Shown: one piece after another, positions 58,863-64,000 of the stretch
Layout of the letters: every line of letters begins with the position of its first letter
Position numbering within the stretch: the stretch's first letter is position 1
From: Blepharisma stoltei ATCC 30299
Taxonomy: Eukaryota > Protista > Ciliophora
NCBI GenBank assembly: GCA_965603825.1
Contig: CBFDEM010000023.1
Span: 62,001-126,000 of the forward strand
Direction: 5' to 3'
Length of the DNA stretch: 64,000 nt
Program-made: the position numbers and the translations under genes
The notes under the pieces: model-generated
What the model was told of the DNA's origin: nothing
Seen by the model: the letters and a program-made list of their open reading frames with translations, nothing else
Database searches by the model: none

Positions 58863-61800
58863 GGCATAAGGCAGGCACTGCGATTCCTCATATTATTATT
58901 GCTGGCATTGCTATGATAAAAGCATAGAAAGAATGCTCCGGAGTTCAGCATCTTATATTGAGGTCCGCGTTAAGCCAAAATTCTCCTGGATCGATTTCTT
59001 TGCAGCTATAAATGCTAAACAGGTCATGCATCAAGCTCGGATGGATTAAGAATAGCATCACTACAGCAGTCGATATAAAATCATCCATTATATAATGGAA
59101 TCTCTTAGTCTTGATTTTTCAAAGAAATCAGCCAGTAAAACAGAAAATCCCGAGACAAAAGGGCATTGCAGAAGAGATAACGATTCTTTTAAAGTACACA
59201 TCATCTCGAGATACCGAGAGCTGCAAAAAACATTCTAAAGAGTATAATAGCTGCCCAGTATAATCAAGAATATCATTTATATGAAAAAGCTCAATTACTT
59301 CATTGGGCCAGTTTAAATTGAAAGTCGTTATTATTACCAGCACCTGCAAGAAATTTCAGAATATCCTAATATAAACTGAAGTAAAAGCTTCTGATCTGTA
59401 CACAGAATTTCTTGCAGTTTTGATCATTATAACTAGAATGGCAATAATAAAAACAAGAAAGCCAAGCAGTCTAAAGATATTGCTAACAATCCCAGGGCAT
59501 TTTATGCATTCATTCTTATATAGTCTTGAGTAATTATGTTTACAAGACTGGCACATATTCCCTTTATAGCCCTCCTTGCAAACTCCTGTATAAGATAAAT
59601 TGTGGATATCTGGAGAGCCTAGGCAAGCTTTTGAGTACGGGCACTTTCAGAATTTGCTCGTCATCATGCTATTTCTTCAATATCCTTTCTTTGGAACAAT
59701 CGTGTAATTGTCGTAGCAAATGGCTGATGAAGGGCATGATAAGCATGCAGTGTTTTTCGGATTCAAACTGTAGTAAGGCTTCTTACAACCATAGCAAGTC
59801 CCATTGACAGTGGCTTCTCCAAGCTCGCAGAGCCTAAGCTTGACGTCAATGTAAAAGCTCGATGAGTCTTCAATGCTGTCACTTGTTTCCTGGATTGCTG
59901 AAGTGTAAACTCTTATTTGAGCTGAAGACCCCGGCTCTGCGGTGATTGTGTAGCCAGAGAAATTGAATACTCCCTGTACAGCATAAACTATTGTTAAGCC
60001 AGAAATAAGAGCTGAAGAAGGGCTTACAACTTGTAGCTGAGCTTGGCTTATATTATCAGTTTTGATAACTTGATTTAAGTGATCTACTAAAGCAAAAGCT
60101 ATTGGGAATTTACTTTCTTGGCCTGAGGCAACATTGTTTAAAGTCAAACTGGTAGTAAGCTTTCTGTTACCAGAGTGCTCTCCAACGGTGCTGTTTTGAT
60201 TTACATACTCCATAGCAACAGGAGAAGAGCTCATATCATCCCCGTATTCCGCAAAATTGCTTATAAATTTATTTTCATTGAATAGATATTTTGCATATTT
60301 TCAATTAACTGCACCTCCATTATATGTAGCTTTATTTCAATAAAAAGAGCAGAAAGAGACATTAAAAGAGCAGGTGCAAAAATTTTGGCAATTAAAATTG
60401 ACTGCGCCACCAGTTCCATCTGTAACTCCTCTCTCAGCAGTATTAAGTTCTAAAGAAACAGCAGAATTTTTAGAGAAGTTAGACTGATAAATCTCAAGAT
60501 TTATGCTATCTGCATATACTGCTCCTCCAATACTCGATGTATTATTTTTAAATGTGCTTAGCGATATCAAATGCTTGTTATTAATAGGGAAATCAGTATC
60601 AGTGGCAAAATAAATGGCTCCTCCTTCTTCAGAGGTGTTATTTTCAAATAAGGATGATTGAATAGCAACATCTTTACACCTTAAACAATAAATGGACCCT
60701 CCATTTTGCCCACGTCCTTCAGAAAATACAGAATTTGAAACTTGCAAAGAATTTAATTCGCGGCCACGTATTGCAGTTGTAGTATAATCCTGAAATGTTG
60801 TGTTATATATAAAAAGATCGCAATTAATTGCATCAATAGCTGAGCAAGGGCTTGCAGATATTGAGCAATTGCCAAGTCTAAGCAAACTCCCTGCATCCAA
60901 GCTTATGATGCCTCCATTGTTTGAACTCAGATTCAGAAATACTGTATTAGCAATATTGGCTGTGCTTCCAGTAGCAGAAATGGCTATACCAGAGGAGTCA
61001 GATTTTCCATTTAAGATAAAGGAATCCTGAATTATTGCTTGGCTATAAGTGTTTATGCTTATAAATTGCCCTTGGTTGCCAAGATGATCTGAAAAAGTTG
61101 TATTGGTGATTGTAGCTACCGAATTGGTAATATAAAGTTCTGCACTACCTTTATCTAGTGTATTGTTGAAAATTATAGTAGACTCAATTGCTATTTTTGA
61201 AGACAACAAAGCTATAATTCCACCATCTAATGAATAGTTTTCTTCAATTTTACTCTTTCTGATAACTGAAGATGATTCTACTAAACTGACCAAGTAAAAA
61301 ACAGCCCCTGGACCTGGGCAAGAATTTTGCTTAAAAATTGAATCCTGTATAGCAAAATAAGAATTAGAAGCCGCATATATAACTCCCCCTAGCAGACCAG
61401 CATTATTTTTAATAAAGGAGCATGATGTGCAAATAAATTCTGAATTTGAACTCATCGAGACGACTCCACCATTCTTTAGCGTTGCACAGTTGGATATAAA
61501 GATACCTTCAGATTGGACTTTCGCACGGTTTCTAAGATCAAAAACAGCGCCAGAAGATTCAGAGAAACTGCTATTAATTGTTGAGCCAACATCACTAAGT
61601 GAGTCATAGTCAAGAGAAAACGTGACCCCTGCATTGCTGATGAATTCGCAATAAAACGTATCCAGGAGTGAAAAAGTGTTGGAGTCTTGCATCAAAATTA
61701 TTGCAGTTCCTTCGTTTTGCCTAAAGCTGCAAGACTTTAGAATGACTTTGGACACAGAGCTTATGCTGCTTTCTCCTATTGTGATTTCAAGTGCCGCACC

Positions 61801-64000
61801 TATGTTTCCTGAGTTCTTTACAAACTCACATTTATTAAATAGCAGAGTTCCATATATATAAAAAATTGAAATTATGCCTGAAGTCTGAGCCACGTTTTCT
61901 CGGAAAATGCAGCCTTCTATAAGGGAGTCACCTGATAAGGCTAGAGTGCTATCAATGTAAATTGCTGCCCCATATTCAGCTTTGTTGAAGCTAAACTCCG
62001 AGTCATACATGTAAAGTGACATCTCCTTTTTTAAAGATAATTTTCATTGAATGTATATTGCCCCTCCTTCTCATAAGCCAACATTTTTCGTAAACTTGCT
62101 GTTAGAGATTGAAAGTGAATGGGATCCTGTTTGCAAACTCGCTAAGGCATAATAGATAGCTCCTCCTGAAAGTAAAGGTGAAATATTTGAATCGAAGTCA
62201 GTAGACTCAATTGACAATACCTGGCCTAAAAAATATAGCGCACCCCCTAAGTCAGCACTATTTTCAGTAAAGTTACAACTAATTAATGATAGCTGATAGC
62301 AATTGCTGTCAACATAGATCACTCCTGGGCTACTGGGAAGATTGTTAACATTTCTTGCAAACTCTGATCCAAAAATCAATATAGAGGCTACTTTTGTGAA
62401 AAATAAACAAGTCCCATTGGTACTTTGGCCAGAATTGTCATTAAAATGAGAGGAATTTATGAATGGATTTGTTGTATTTGAAATAATAATAGAAGGAGAA
62501 GAGTTTTCTCAATGATTATTTTCGATATGCATTTCCGACATTGTAAAGTTGAGAGAATCAGAAATCGAGGATAGAAATTTGCAGTCTAAACTTGCTGGGT
62601 TTGATACTCGAAGTTTGAGGTAGAGATTTGGATCTGAAATATAGAAATCCAGAAGAATTGAATTAATGTTTTTACCTGACATTATTCCATTTGATTGCAT
62701 TAGAGAATTGCTCATTTTTATATTTCCCATTCTTTTAATGCTTAGTAAACCACTTTTTCCACAGTTATTATCATTAAACTGCACATCATTGATTTCTAGC
62801 CACTTGGCTAAATACTTCACTTGAATAATAACCCCTGACGGCACTGTATAGTTTAAATATTTGTCGTTCAAATGCTCTTCATCTATATATCCAGCCTGGA
62901 TATCTATTAATGCACCATTCTCCACTCCATTAGAATAAAGGGTGCAGTTATCAATTAGAACGTTTTGGTTTTGATTTACAAACTTAGCCAGTAAGATTCC
63001 AACACTTTTACCATAATTTGACTCGAAACGAGAGTGCTTTATAAGTAATTGGTTTGCTTTAGATTGCTTAACTTCTAATTTATTGTCTACTTGAACAGAA
63101 CCAGTAGAAAAAGTTAACGGGAGGTTTATTAAACCAAGTTCACAGTAATTATAAATAAAGGTGCAGGAATCTATCTCAACAGCACCTGAAAATTTTCCAG
63201 CGATCAATGAAGCCGTGCTAAGTTCGCTTTCTATTTCAAGAGTGAATTCTTTTCGATGGACTATATTGTTTCTGAATTCAACATTTTTGATTGAAACAGA
63301 ACCTCCGCTAACTATATATAAAAACCCTCGTAAATCTTTGGGGTCCAGAAGTTCATAACCATTGTTGATCCTCGAAACAGTTCCTTCACTATAATAAAAG
63401 TTTCCGCCAGGAGCTTCTAAACCAAATAATTCAATATTAATACCGCCCACAATTACAGCTGATTGCTCTTTACTTGAAAGAATAATATTATCAAAAGTAA
63501 CATTTTTCAATGTGATATTAGAATTATCATAGTAGTTTATAATGCTCCAAAGGCTGGTTCTAAAATTGACAAAGCTAACATTTGTTAAAAAAGCATTCGC
63601 ATTTTCTATAGGAAGAAAGCTTGAATCAAAATTCTGATCCTTGCAGACATTCTCAGGCATGAATTCGCTAACTACTTCTTCTCTGTCATTTAAACTACCG
63701 ATTCCTGCTTTATACATGATAAAGGGGCAGTAATCACAATATGCGCCTGAACAACCTTCTAATCAGTAGCTTCCTTTGAAAATAATATTTGAAAGCTCAA
63801 AGATTTGGTTATATGAGCGTATAAAGTGAAGACCGCCTCAATCATAATACAAATCTTGAATAATGACTTGTTTGCCTGTTCAACTTTCGATTTTCAAGTA
63901 TTTTGGATTGAAGGAGCTGAAAGAAGACTGACAATAATGGTTATCTTCATAATATCCTGAACCATCTATAGAATAGGGTCCATCATCTAAAAGGTAAACA
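58183..64000 (-). CDS. 5'-partial large surface protein: Pmp-like (GGAI/FxxN) beta-helix repeats + Cys-rich linker + ~7 TM helices (>1900 aa)
   Basis: All minus-strand ORFs from 58462 to 63717 share a frame, join by TGA and stay open to the window edge. FTENSADLGGALY, FENNTSEEGGAIY, C..C...C.C, GYWR, YGFLF.GY...YYWE. Confidence 0.88.

Noticed and set aside
49130-60501. 2.4-kb inverted repeat as terminal inverted repeats of one giant transposon
   Set aside because: The arms are host coding sequence, the right arm is part of an intact gene, and no target-site duplication was seen.
876-63358. Many short antisense or overlapping track ORFs (e.g. 876-1181, 3149-3466, 15135-15683, 29630-30055, 42098-42550, 60800-61030)
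   Set aside because: Shadow frames of real genes with no recognisable motifs.
58183-64000. Bacterial (chlamydial Pmp) contamination or recent transfer
   Set aside because: It uses TGA=Trp and has the Cys-rich plus multi-TM architecture common in ciliates, with no autotransporter barrel.
1-64000. CRISPR arrays, rRNA, tRNA, telomeric repeats
   Set aside because: None recognised by eye; a tRNAscan-SE/Infernal run would be needed to exclude small RNAs.

Overview
AT-rich, gene-dense eukaryotic DNA, most likely the somatic (macronuclear) genome of a heterotrich ciliate of the Blepharisma type. TGA reads as Trp, only TAA/TAG stop, and introns are 15-16 nt GT-AG, so the supplied ORF track fragments most genes; I re-joined them by hand. 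Bases 1-45 kb hold about 20 tightly packed genes. These include three outer-dynein-arm docking-complex-like coiled-coil genes, an arginyltransferase ATE1 with an inserted arginyl-tRNA-synthetase N-terminal-like domain, an RBR E3 ligase and an uninterrupted 4588-aa divergent dynein heavy chain. They also include a calcineurin-B-like EF-hand protein, an Sfi1-like protein, a DUF229 protein, a KIF12-like kinesin, fRMsr, a GST pseudogene and a trifunctional Trl1-type RNA ligase/kinase/CPDase. Bases 44-60.5 kb are a rearrangement hotspot. A ~1.4-kb direct repeat (Trl1 3' end, spacer and tail of a large Pmp-repeat/multi-TM gene) brackets ~10.3 kb. That interval contains an ATXR3/SDG2-like SET gene fused to the borrowed tail, an inverted 5'-truncated but open copy of the Pmp/TM gene, a decayed piggyBac with a nested TSD-flanked retro-insertion, an integrase-like fragment and a decayed APE-RT LINE. 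The repeat copies differ by TA-bounded, IES-like indels. The full Pmp/TM gene runs off the right edge. All protein assignments are from motif recognition by eye, not database searches.
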